Source: Vicugna vicugna
Lineage: Eukaryota
Reading direction: 5' to 3'
NCBI GenBank assembly: GCA_013265495.1
Contig: MU062133.1
Coordinates: 9,526,182 to 9,590,181, forward strand
DNA length: 64,000 nt
Shown: piece after piece, positions 1-11,694 of the stretch
How the letters are laid out: every line of letters starts with the position of its first letter
Position numbering within the stretch: the stretch's first letter is position 1
Program-made: the position numbers and the translations under genes
Notes under the pieces: model-generated
Told to the model about the DNA's origin: nothing
Database searches by the model: none
Seen by the model: only the letters and a program-made list of their open reading frames with translations

Positions 1-2060
1 GTATCAGTAGTAGCCATTTGTATGGATGTACCACAGTGTGTTTATTTATTCAAGAGTTGAAGAACATTTGTGTTGTTTGAAATTTGAGGTGATTATGGTA
101 CAGCCACCATAAACATACACACATATGTGTGAATCTAAGTTTCCATTTAGCTTGGGTAAAAATTTAGGAGTGAGATTACTGGATCATAGGTCACACAATT
201 ATTGTGTATCAGGTGAGATTTTTTTTGTTTCCTGTTTTATCTTCCCAGCCATTTCAACCAATATGTAATGATATCTCATTTTGGTTTAAAATGCATTTCC
301 CTAGTGATAAATGACAGTCATTATTTGGATTCAGCATCTTGCATCGCCATTTGTATATTATCTTTGGTAAAGTGTCTATTTAAACGCTTTGCCCATTTAT
401 GCTCTATTGTATTGTTTCTTATTAGTGCCTTGAATGTTCTTTATAAACTCTGTATAGAAATCCTATAGTAGATATGTGTTTGGCAAATATTTTTCTCGAT
501 CAGTAGCTTGTCTTTTTACTTTCCTAACAATGTTTATTGAAGGCGCAAAGTTTCACAGGCTTTGTTTTTAAATTTTAAATGAAGTCCATTTTATTATGCT
601 TTTGGTGTCATACCTACGCAACTTGTACCTAAACCAAGTTTACAAAGATTTTCTTCTACGGTTTCTTCCATAAGTTTTACAATTTTAGGTTTTACATTAG
701 GACTATGATACACTTTGAGTTAATTTATGTATTTGGTGTGAGTGGGTGTCAAGGTCCATTTTTTGCTTACATGTCAATAGTTCCTGAAACACTTACAGAA
801 AGCACTGTCGTTTCTACATTGAATTCCCTTCAATCATTGTCAACAGCCAGTTGTTCATCTATGTGTGGATCTATTTCTGGACTCTATTCTATTTCATTGA
901 TTTGTGTGACCAATTTATCACCAGTACCACATTGTCTTAGTTACTATCACTTTGTAGTAAAATTAAAATTTGGTAGTGTGATTACTTCAATTTTTTAAAA
1001 AACTGTTTTGAAAATATTCTAGGTTTTTTTTGCATTTCCATATACAATGATTTCATTCTGGAATTAGTTTGCCAATTCATTCAAAATGCCCTACTGGGAT
1101 TTTGATTAGGATTACAATGAATCTATATATTAATTTGTGGGAAATAGACACTATAAATATTGAGCCTTCCAAACTATTAACAAAGTAAAATTATCCACGT
1201 ATTTAGTACTCCTTCGACGTCTTTCATCAATATTTTATAGTTTTTGACATACAGTACTTGCACTGTTTTGACAGCTTTATATCTAACTCTTTGATGTGTC
1301 TGGTACTATTATAAATTTTATTTTGAGCTGTTTAGTGCTAGTATATAGAAGTCTAACTGTATTATTTTTGTAGCCAGAAACCTGGCTCAAGTCACTCATT
1401 AGTTTTAACAACTTTTTTATAGAATCTTTAGGATATTGTATATAAGCAATCATATCACCCATTAAGTAGAATTTAATTACTTCTTCTATAACCTGGATGC
1501 TTTTTATTTATTTTTGCCATTTGACACTGGCTAAGACCTCTAGAACCGTGTTGATTAGGACTGGTGAGAGCAGACGTCCTTGGCTTTTTTCCCTATCTCA
1601 GGAGGAAAGCTTTCTGTCTTTGACGATAAAGTACATTGTTAGCTAAAAGGGTTTTGTAGATTCTTTTATCAAGTTGAGGAAGTTTCCTTGTATTTCTAGT
1701 TTGCTGGTAGTTTTACTATAAGTGGGTGTTTTTAGTTTTCAAATGTTTCTTCTGCTTCTTCTAAGAAGATCATATTTTTCTTTAATTTGTGGAAATGAAT
1801 TACATTGATTAATTTTCAAAGGTTGCATCAACCTTAAGTTAATGGGATAAACCCCATTTGGTCACTGCATTGTCTTTTTCGCACATTACTGGATTTGATT
1901 GCTAATATTTTCTTGAGGACTTTTGCTGACGTTTTCATGAGACACGTTAGTCTGTATTTTCTTTTCTTATTCTGTCTCTGTCTGCTCATGTTTTTAGGAT
2001 GATCCTGGTCTCAAAAATTGAGTTGGCAAGTGTCCCTGCTTTTCTAAACTCTGGAAATTG
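1..2060 (-). mobile_element. Old L1 (L1M-type) fragment, ORF2 3' half and 3' region, antisense
   Basis: T-rich antisense L1 motifs (e.g. ccagtaccacattgtcttagttactat, gggatttTgattaggattacaatgaatcta, tcaggaggaaagctttc). No intact ORF. Confidence 0.85.
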
Positions 2061-2354
2061 ATGGTTTAAAAGAAACGTAATGACAGTTTTAAATATCTAG
2101 AGTAATCTAGAGAAATATCATTATTCTGAGTTCTTTAAAAATTTATTTCCTAGCAAAAATGGCTGCATGTAAAACATGATCAAAATTAAGAATAAATAAA
2201 GCCAATTATTTCAAAGTAGAGACTGTTAAATGGGCTTAATATAAGTGTATACTTGAGCTCCACATAAATACATATTATCTGATACTACAGACATACTGTA
2301 ATATTGAGAAAATTCACAACATTAGAAAAACATAATTTAAAGAGAAACTATATT

Positions 2355-2432
2355 CTAGAGCTTTCTGACACCTTGATTTTAAACCTATAGCCTCCAGAAC
2401 TAAGAAAATAAATTTCTGTCCTATTAAGCCAA
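2355..2432 (+). mobile_element. MaLR (MLT1-type) LTR 3' fragment
   Basis: gacaccttgattttaaacc...gcctccagaactaagaaaataaatttctg resembles the MLT1 3' end. Confidence 0.65.
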
Positions 2433-3629
2433 CAAAAACGGGAGAAACTATAAAAATGACTGTTTCATAGTGATGCAGAGTTGTCAGAGAAAGCTGATGT
2501 GCTGGTGTTTAATAGTTCTTAGCAGCATAGATTTAGAATAAGTTGGTCTCTTTCAGGCACAGGTAAGTTCACTCCAGGTTAACTGAGTTAGGCAGAAGAT
2601 ATTAAATACAGGATATATCCTTTTTCAGACACATGCCTTGTTCCCTCTGGAGACAGAGGGAGAAGGACACCCACATTTCAAATGATAAAACCAACAAATA
2701 CGTGATTAACAATCCCTACAGGTATTTTTACTACCTGAATGCTGTGGAGTTCTAATGTGTAAGTCATGGCTCCTTAGATGCCAGAGGCATTTTGTTACTT
2801 GTTTCAGTTTCTTTCAGGTAGGAAACTCTTTCATTTTGGAGAAAACTAGCAATGTTAAAAAAAAAAAACATGAAAATGTTACCCTTCACAGAATATTTTT
2901 ACAAAGCCATTTCACTTCCACTGTTACTTTCTCTTGCAGTTGATGGTCGTTGGTTCCAGCGGTTGTTAACTCTGATGGTTCAGCAGGAGTTTGGCTCAAG
3001 CTAAGCTCATGAGTAAAGGGGCAAAATGAGGTAATGAAGGGACACAGCATAGAAGTGAAACTAGATTTCTTAATTAGCATTAAAACTTTACTGCATGTCA
3101 AAAATATATGGTTTTGAAACATTGGTAAAACTTAGTGTTTCTTGGATCTGGATATCTAGGGGGAAAATAGTTAATGATGCCTATAACTTAGAAAGTGAAC
3201 TCAGCAAGAATATTAATCTCAAAAATGCACATCTACGTCCTCCAGGCCTAGCTCCACACCTGGCATATAATAAGTGCTCAGTAAATGTTACTTCTTCTTG
3301 GAAGTAACGGGTGACATAAAGAACTTTGGTTCAGGCATATTGGCTTCCATATAGCTTCCAAGAAGAGCGTTCTTTTAAACATTTATATATATAAACTATA
3401 GAGAACAATCTATAAAAGCATATTGCTGCATACAGGGTAAACCAGGTTAACCCACTCAATTTTCACACCAAAAGTTCTCATTGTTCCTTTTTCTAGGGGT
3501 ATCGCATCCCATTCCTTGCTAATTTTCTCCTTTATTTTTCTAATCTGATTAATACATTTCCATTTTTATTAGGTCTAATAGATAGCTGATCTAATTTGGA
3601 GCTTATAAATTATACCGTTATATGTAAAT

Positions 3630-3825
3630 NNNNNNNNNNNNNNNNNNNNNNNNNNNNNNNNNNNNNNNNNNNNNNNNNNNNNNNNNNNNNNNNNNNNNNN
3701 NNNNNNNNNNNNNNNNNNNNNNNNNNNNNNNNNNNNNNNNNNNNNNNNNNNNNNNNNNNNNNNNNNNNNNNNNNNNNNNNNNNNNNNNNNNNNNNNNNNN
3801 NNNNNNNNNNNNNNNNNNNNNNNNN
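3630..3825. other. Assembly gap (N run)
   Basis: Run of n. Confidence 1.
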
Positions 3826-5379
3826 TGAAGTGAAGCCAAAATTAAAACGGCTTAAAAGAAGCAGGCAGGTATCTATTGTCAATGGTAAAATTCAGCTACT
3901 GTGGTAAAGAAATAGTGCCAGACTCCTCTTCCCGATTATGCATGCAACACCCTGGGAAGCCTGCAGTAACTCTTCCTAGATTTCTTGGTTTTTTGCATCT
4001 TTTGTGGAAAATTGATTTCTATCCATAGCCATCTAAGGGAGAGTGACTTGAAGAGGACAGATGTTTCATTTGACTCAACAGAAATCTTTCCATTTCCTAT
4101 GGGTGCTCAGAGGTGGCTGCTGCCTTTGGTGGTGACCACAACTCAAAACAAGGGAACACTGTTCACTGGAGTCCACATATTGAGATCTCATGCTGGCCTG
4201 ATAATCATTTCTGAACAAAATTATGTAATCAGTGCTCTGAGACCGAAGAGTGGGTGCTTGGCCCTTCATCTGTGGTCCTTGAAGTTCTGGGGACCAGAGA
4301 TTCTGTGACAGTGTCCCTCTACAGAAGCCATGTTATAGCTGCAGACTGGACTCCTCTGGGTGGTGGCTTCTCCAGGTCGGGGGTGGGGGGGTGAAATTGG
4401 CCCAGGTAGGTTTCCCTTTTCCTAGAGATTTCCCTTTTCAATATGGGGCTCTTCTGTCATACTATCATTATTAATAGTTATGGGTAAGATATGAAATCTG
4501 CTGTGCTTGTGTAGGGGGAATATGTGTGGTCACAGCTTTAAGGTTATTGACCATTCATATTTTATGGCAAAATAATTTATTGGATCTTATCCTTTGTGAC
4601 AGTTAGCTGAGGGTATGACCTTTGGTAGAATTTTGGAAGGGAATACATATAATCAAAAGAAGACCATCTGGGACAATGAGATCCTGAAGGGGCAGTGGTA
4701 GGATCCTAAATGTCAGGCCAGGGATTCCAGGAGTACAGAACACAATGAAAAAGAAAAACACTACTAAATCTACAACTTTTGCATTTTTGCTTGTTTATAA
4801 CAAACATAAACGCAGCCATAATTTTTACAATGACTGAAAAATCTATCTACATTCCCCTCAAAAGTCAAGATTTCATTCCCAAATAGGCATCATTTTATCA
4901 TCATTATTAAATCAGCTAATTCCCCTAAAAGCAAAGGCAAACAATAGTACTTCTTCTTCCTCCTCTTTATAATGCTTATTATTTTTTAGAAAAATAAATA
5001 CTCTAAAGTGCAAATATACAAAGGAAACAAAACATTCTGCTACTCTGGCTTCTGCTTCAGCCCGGCCTCTACATGGTGCCTCAGCCTAACCCAGGGATCC
5101 AGCCACACTGGGCAACTTACAGTATCCCAAGCTTTCTGTTATCTCTTATGATATGCAATTTCCAAGAAATTTTAACCTCCCTGCTTCTGCCTAGTAAGGT
5201 CTGATTTTCCTCCAAAGTACAGTTTAAATGTTAAATATTCCATGACTATTTCTGTCCCCTCCCCAAGAACTAGTCTCCAGGTAATCAACTGTTACTAACT
5301 TGGTTTCTCAAAGATGACAGAGGTCATGCCTCCAGCAGGCTGAACAAGGAATATTCACTGGATACTTAACTGCTTGGCA

Positions 5380-6110
5380 GTACTGTGCAGAGGGCTTTAA
5401 ATGGCTGTTTTATTTAATCTTCCAATCAAAAGTATGAATTAGGTGCTATTATAATTCTGTTTTTCAGGTTGGAAGACTAAAGCTCAAAAGTTTAAGGAAA
5501 ATGTCCATGGTCACAAAGCCTGGAGAAGAGGTTAAATCCAGGTCATCTGACTCTGAAGCCTGTGCATCCAACCAACATACATCACCGCCTCTTAAACTCT
5601 AAGAAAACACACATAAATTCAGGTTTATTAATAGAGTCATGAAACAAGGAACACATTTCAGAACATCTTGGACCTCACTGAAGAAGAGGTATCACTCAGC
5701 ATAATGAGCTATCATCAGACCTTGGAAGGTAAATCCAAGAATAAAAGAGAGAAAGAGACAAGAATAAAAAAGAGAAAATATTCTGATAGCTAATACATTG
5801 GTTTTGATTTTCAATAAATTCTCAAGGTAACCTGCCATGCATTTTGGAATTCACAGTGTATTTGTAGTTTTTGTACATTTACTAATGTAGTAAATACAGT
5901 TACCTTCTGTTGAACATTCAGTATATACCAGCACTGTCCTTAGTGCTTCACATATTTAACCTTATATAATACTTAGAATAATACTCTGAGATAGACACCG
6001 TTATTATCCCCCAATTCCTACTGAGGAAACAGCAAAAGAGAAATTGGAAAATTAACGTTAGAACAAGGAGTTGAACTCATCCAGTCTGGTTCCCAAGTCC
6101 AATGTGTGAC
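5380..6110 (-). mobile_element. Two MIR SINE remnants (about 5380-5560 and 5900-6110)
   Basis: MIR core-like text (ttattatccccc...tactgaggaaacagc; ccatggtcacaaagc...aaatccaggtcatctgactct). Confidence 0.6.
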
Positions 6111-6531
6111 GATTTTCTCTAGGTTGTGATAACCATATTACATATCACACATGTACATACAGCCTACTCCATAATATGTGGTTAGAGCACATTTCTCATC
6201 TTGCGTCAGGCTTAGCCTCCCTCAGCAAATACTTCTGTCATTTCCATAAGTCCTCAGTGCAAAGAGCATCTTGACACTATTAAACACACACATAAACACA
6301 CACACACACACACGCACAAGGTGTCTCAGATGTTTTGGTTCAGGAATCGAAATCCAAGTAAGTCATCTTTCCAGCAGAATGCCATTTCAGCAGGTATCAT
6401 TTCAGACTTGCTCATACATTATGTTAGTAAATACTATAGTTAGCTTTTCTCTTTATGGAGACTCCAAAATTCAAAATATAAATAGGACAGGTAGAAGAAT
6501 GGGCTCCGCAGCAGGTGTTCAGGGGACTCAC

Positions 6532-6624
6532 GATTCCGCGCATCTTCTCCAGCCCCTCGCTGTCTCATTGGTGCCCTGCCTTCCCATTTGTTTGGTGCCT
6601 CAATCACTTCATCCATTAATCTCT
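6532..6624 (-). other. Candidate internal exon (93 nt, phase 1-1, open frame RLMDEVIEAPNKWEGRAPMRQRGAGEDARN)
   Basis: Acceptor cttactttctag|, donor AATC|gtgagt, length divisible by 3, locally CpG-rich. No homology recognised. Confidence 0.45.
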
Positions 6625-6908
6625 CTAGAAAGTAAGCCTCCAGACCTCTACCAGGAGGGAGAGAGGCGATCTCCAGGAGGTGAGAGGTGGAGGAGGGACA
6701 TTGTGTGTTCGTAGAGAGAGAGAATCCTAAGGGCCTAAATCCTTAGTAGGCAATAGCCCCACATTTATTTTTTAAAACAATTAATGTACTTTTATTTCTC
6801 TCATAATTTTTAAAATGTGAGCCTCCTACAATTCAGCCATAGTCCTAACTTCTATGTAACTTCTTCATTGTGTCTTAATTACCTTTTAGTAACATAATCT
6901 TGTTTCAG

Positions 6909-6971
6909 AAGACAGTGAGCTTCTCATCATTCTTTCTGTCTCGATAACATCCAAAGACAAATCCCACAGAG
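6909..6971 (+). other. Candidate antisense exon (63 nt, phase 1-1, open frame [20 protein letters not shown])
   Basis: Acceptor atcttgtttcag|, donor GAG|gtgagt. Confidence 0.3.
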
Positions 6972-7082
6972 GTGAGTACATGACTCCAGTAGTCACACAC
7001 AGTAGGAAGTAAGCTGTGGCCCCCGTGCCAACAAGGACCAAGGGCAGAGGTGAGCTTAATTTTAAACAGAGGAAATCCTTAC

Positions 7083-7203
7083 ATTGTAGTATCACCTAAA
7101 TGTGTTTATTCTCAACTTAGAAACAGAGACGAAGTTATTCAAATAGAGTTGACTGAAAAGCAATAAACTTGGAAAAATTGCAGATGGAGAAACCGAAGAT
7201 TTC
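7083..7203 (-). other. Candidate exon, probably non-coding or UTR (alternative donor at 7096)
   Basis: Acceptor ctttattctgcag|. Donors AAT|gtaagg (7083) or TAG|gtgata (7096). The long form has stops in all frames. Confidence 0.3.
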
Positions 7204-8020
7204 CTGCAGAATAAAGATTAAGTACTTGGATTTTACAGAGACAATGCTCCCATCTGCATAAGCCACAGAAGGCAGACTATCTGGAAACAGCAAACCTGAG
7301 TGGTGATGTATATTTTGGGGTGGGGAGGATGGGGTGAGGGATAGGAAGATCTCTGTCTATTACTGAAAAACTATCACATAAGTGAACTAAGATTCTCTGA
7401 GGACAAAACCAACATATAAGTAAAAACACAAGGCAAAACAAAGCAAACGAACAAACCAACCGGCCCTGTGATTTATGCCCACAGGGTGCATACGCGACTA
7501 GGGTTAGCTGGGGAACGGCGGGCTCAGCCCTTACATTCGCTGTCATTTTAGAATTTGCCACTTCCTGTCCAGTCTCAGATATTACAAAAGACGTTTCTGG
7601 TCGGCTTTACTTCTCAACTGATTCTCTCACAACGTGTAAGAAAACATATTAGACTTCAATCAGAAATGTCCCTCAGCCTCACAATAGCACAAAATGCAGA
7701 GAGATTCTACAAGAACCTTTGAGATTACTCATTCTGTATGCATAAACATTTTACTAACCATTTATCAAATCTGAGCAAAGTTACCAAAAGAATAAATGAA
7801 CGCTAGCAAAGATTTAGCTGTAGCATTTGTCACTTCCCTTCAAATTGCAGCATAAGCTCTCTTTTAACCGAGAAGCTGCCTTTGATTCGATCAGCCATGG
7901 TTTTAGTGTAGTGTTTTGTCTTTTTCTTTAAAAGTGTTTTTCTTTAAAAATATAAGTACCAGACCAAAGTATCTATTAAATTCATTTTTAATTAATTGCA
8001 CAGTTCTAGAGACTACTCAC

Positions 8021-8105
8021 ATACAGAGGGCTTTTAACCAGCAGGTGCACTGCATAAAAGTTATTAAAAGTTTTAACTGTTGCACAGCATGGGTATTTCA
8101 AGTAC
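8021..8105 (-). other. Candidate exon (85 nt)
   Basis: Acceptor ttttaaatctaaacag|, donor TAT|gtgagt. One open frame (YLKYPCCATVKTFNNFYAVHLLVKSPLY). Confidence 0.35.
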
Positions 8106-8344
8106 CTGTTTAGATTTAAAACGCTTTTGGAAAAGACGTACAGGATCAAGGGGTCACGAGATGAAGACTTTAGTCTCTGGTTTGTTGCTAATTAGTTGTA
8201 AGACCTTGGCACTGTTATTCGAATTCTTGTGGTCCCAGTTCCAGAAAGGAACGAGGAAAGACAGATCAAAAGGGATCTAGAAAGAAATCCTGAAGTGTCC
8301 ATCTGCCTCTCAAGAGCTGTGAAGGGTCTGAGATGATAGCCTCT

Positions 8345-8760
8345 AGTGGCAAGTTTGTTTACCCCAGTTTCATGGATGCTGATGGAAACTGCAGGATTCT
8401 TGAGTCAGAGATAAAGGACAATTTATTACTCACAGCAATAGCCATTGGCAAAATATCAGCGTTTTTTGTGCTGGTTATCTAAGCGTCTCTTCCCTTGGGC
8501 AATGCGATATGATCCAAGTGAGAACTGCACACACTGTGGGCTGTGTTACAAGAAAAGCCCCTAAACACAGGAAACACAGCTCTTACCATGGGTAGCAAGC
8601 GTGCCCACCCTCTGCTCTGGCGGGAAACACTGTCCCCATCTTTCAAGATTTTTCAGGACACAAACATTCTTGAAAAGACACTCCAAACCCATGCACAAGT
8701 TCATCTCTTGAAGACATGCAAGACATGCTGAAGAAACACGAGAAACACATGGAGAAGGAC
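8345..8760 (-). mobile_element. Old ERVL-type solo LTR remnant
   Basis: LTR-like text with an antisense polyA signal (caatttattactcacagcaatagc) and typical degraded LTR composition. Family not certain. Confidence 0.5.
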
Positions 8761-9600
8761 CTCCCTGCAACCCCCACCCCTCTGTTTCTATATCATCTTA
8801 GCATCTAGCAAATTCTCCCAGGAATGAGCCACTGCCAGCCACTCTGAATAATCTGAATGACAGAACTTGAAGCCAAATCCTTCAATTAAGCTCACACAGC
8901 ATATAAGAAAGGCTACCATCAAGAGGACCCCAGGCACCAGGATGAGGCCAACATGAACTGTTGCCTTCAACCACGTCCACTTAGGGTTCTAAACCCATGG
9001 AAAATTATATTTCCAACTCTACTTAGATGTATCTTACTGTTAATATTTAATAATACTATGTAATATTAATATTTAATATTAACACTTAATAATACATAAT
9101 ATTACTGTTAACAGTAATAATAATATAATAATGTGTCTGATTTTTCGAAGGCAAATGTGTTCTTTGAATAATCCATTAATTCACAGTACTCATCCCCTTC
9201 TCAGAAAAGCTAGAGATGTTAAATGACATTTAGTATAAACTCCTTCATTTACGAATAAGAAAAATTAGATCCTAGCAGAAGAAATATTTGTTCAAGGTCA
9301 CAAACAAAGTATTAACCCAGGTCTTTTAGCTCCTTGTACATTTCATGGCTGGAACCATCTGCCAGCTAGCAAAGTAGGGTTCCCTGGCACACTGTCTAAT
9401 ATTGTGCCTGGGGAACCCAGAAGACTTGCCAACATACTTCACCCACATAACCAAGGAGCTAAGAATTTAGTGCTAAACTGTACGTGGCCAGATAGTTCAG
9501 AAACATACTGTGATTAAAGTCCACTGAATAAAGGAAGGAATGAAAAGATACTGAAAGACGAAATCTCAGCTAATGAAAGAAAAAAAAAAGGTGAACGCAC

Positions 9601-9860
9601 TAAGTTCAGGAATAGTGATGGTCGCAGCTGGTAATAGCGAAGTCATGGCTGGTCTGGGAGGCAGTGAAGTAGAGGGCAAGAAGTCCTGCCTGTGTGCGAA
9701 AAGGGCAACTCCGGGTAAGAGAGCGAGGCGGCACTGCAGAGGCGTGTGAAAGTCCAGGAGAAGCGTTTACTCCTGCAAACATGGCAGCCAGGAACCCTTG
9801 TCTTGACCAGCCCAACCTCAGGCAAAGTCAAGCTTGGGTTTGGGTGCAAAAGACAACTCA
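9601..9860 (-). promoter_or_regulatory. Candidate promoter and first exon of an unidentified minus-strand transcript; ATG at 9646 encodes MTSLLPAATITIPEL (phase 1)
   Basis: CpG cluster at 9620-9770, ATG in good context (ccagccATGA), donor TTA|gtgcgt at 9600, AT-rich TATA/MEF2-like ctatatttac and (CA)n just upstream. Confidence 0.45.
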
Positions 9861-9868
9861 GTTGCTAT

Positions 9869-9872
<4 letters not shown>

Positions 9873-9900
<28 letters not shown>

Positions 9901-9901
9901 T
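9873..9901. repeat. (CA)n microsatellite
   Basis: acacacacac... run. Confidence 0.95.
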
Positions 9902-10449
9902 ACATAAATATACTAAGCCACGGTAAAATTATTTTGAGGACAAGTGAGTTTTACTATTCATCAATTAGAATTTTCTTTTTCTTTTTTGGTTTATTGATAT
10001 AATTTCTGCCAGATCCTAGAAAATAAACTTTGTAATTACTGACAATCAATTTATCCAAAATGTTTACTTTTATAGCTAGGCAATAAAACACATCAAACCA
10101 TTCAAAAGGAAAATGAATATATTTAGGGTTGTGTGTGTATGTGAGTGTGTGTATACACATTCTGATTTGCCAATACATCAGACACCTACCATTCACCAAA
10201 TAATCATTCATTCCACCTGTACCAACCACAGAATGGCCTTTCTAATAATCACTGAAAGAATGGCAATGCGATGTACACAAAAGTCTGTGCTTGCATTCAG
10301 CTTGAGAGTGAGTTCTTTTCATGTATATAAGAAGCCTAACAATATTAGGTATGTCAGTAATGTATGTATTGATATGTAGCATATACCTAAATTTGTTAGG
10401 TACACTGCATATAGTATCTATTATAATACACCTGACAATGCCAGTCTGT

Positions 10450-11250
10450 AAGGACAGAAGACAGAGACTCAGCGTGTCTGGTAATTAAGAGCAGAGCTAC
10501 GGATCCAAATCCTAACACCTCCAACAATTAGAGACATGACCTAGATTCAGTTACTCGGCTGCTCTGTACACCTCAGCTGTTTCTTCTTTTTTTCTTCTTT
10601 TCTAGTATATATCTCACAGTTTTCTTCCCTGAGGTTAAAAAGTATTAACATATGTAAAGGGCGTCCTACACTGCCTAGCATGCAGTAATCCCTCCTTAAG
10701 TACTAGATATTATCACCTTAGAAGGTGGGAGAGACAGGTTACTCAGTGCCCATCAAAATAGTTTAGATTCTATTATTTTTCTCTTCAAAAGCCTTCCTCT
10801 GTTTCTACAACTTGCCTTTGAAACCCTGAGGTCCAACCACACCAGGCTCTTCGTCTTTCTTTGACCACGTCTGTCACGCACACGCACACACACACGTGCA
10901 CACACACACACACACCCCCACGACACGTCACAGGTTATCTTCCTGAGGTGCCAGCCCCGTCACGTCTGCCAAGTTCTGCCGTCTCTTCCTCCTTCATGAA
11001 GCCTGCCCCAGTCATTCTAGGCGGAACCAGTTGTTTGTTTAGCTCCCTGCATCCCCAAAGGTCTCTCTTTCTACGTGATTTGCCGGCCCTATGACCTCCA
11101 GCAAAACACGTAAGCCCATCTGTGTTTCAGTTTCCTTCCTGGTAAAGTGGGAGCAATAGTAACACCTGATTCTAGTGAGTTAGTGTGAGGACTGATGTAT
11201 GCAAAGAGCTCAGGAAAATGCTGGTATCTAGTAAATGTTCATTAACGGTA
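10450..11250 (+). mobile_element. MIR SINE remnants (about 10450-10720 and 11100-11250) flanking a CA/CG-rich simple repeat
   Basis: ggatccaaatcctaac...catgacctagattcagttac; tcagtttccttcctggtaaagtgggagcaata. Confidence 0.55.
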
Positions 11251-11694
11251 TTGGCATTGTTTTATTATTATTAAAAGTATGTACATAAAATGTTATAGTT
11301 ATGTATTTTAGTCTGCTTTTCACGAGAGTCTATACTATTGACGTGAAGTAAAGGGACCACGTCAAACTTTCCTCATCTTTGCATCCTCAGTACCGAGTGC
11401 CCAGAACATGGAAGAACCAAAGAAATACTAGGTGATTAATTCATTTTATTCCTTTTGCTCATGGCTAATATGGAGTAGACGCTCAAAATCTTTTTCAGAA
11501 AAGAATTTGAATGGGTTCTTTTCCAGACTATGATTTGAGCATGTCCATTCATGTACAGTCTCTAATTATTTTGACTATTTCATGAAAAAAAGTTTGTTTT
11601 GATTTGTGTGATTTATGGGGAAGTGATAAAAGGCTACACATCGCGGTGAGTGTTTTGGCCTTGTCTTTGGGAAGTAATTAGGTCATGAGGGCCC

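Noticed and set aside
3596-3907. Track ORFs spanning N runs (also 40357-40683, 55595-55957, 58071-58449)
   Set aside because: They are open only because the Ns translate as X.
5120-5200. Minus-strand exon-like segment with a strong gtaagt donor
   Set aside because: The acceptor is poor and the neighbourhood looks like decayed L1-derived sequence.
8788-8970. Short hydrophobic ORF (VHVGLILVPGVLLMVAFLICCV)
   Set aside because: It starts at a non-ATG codon, has no flanking splice signals I can support, and T-rich strands often give hydrophobic frames.
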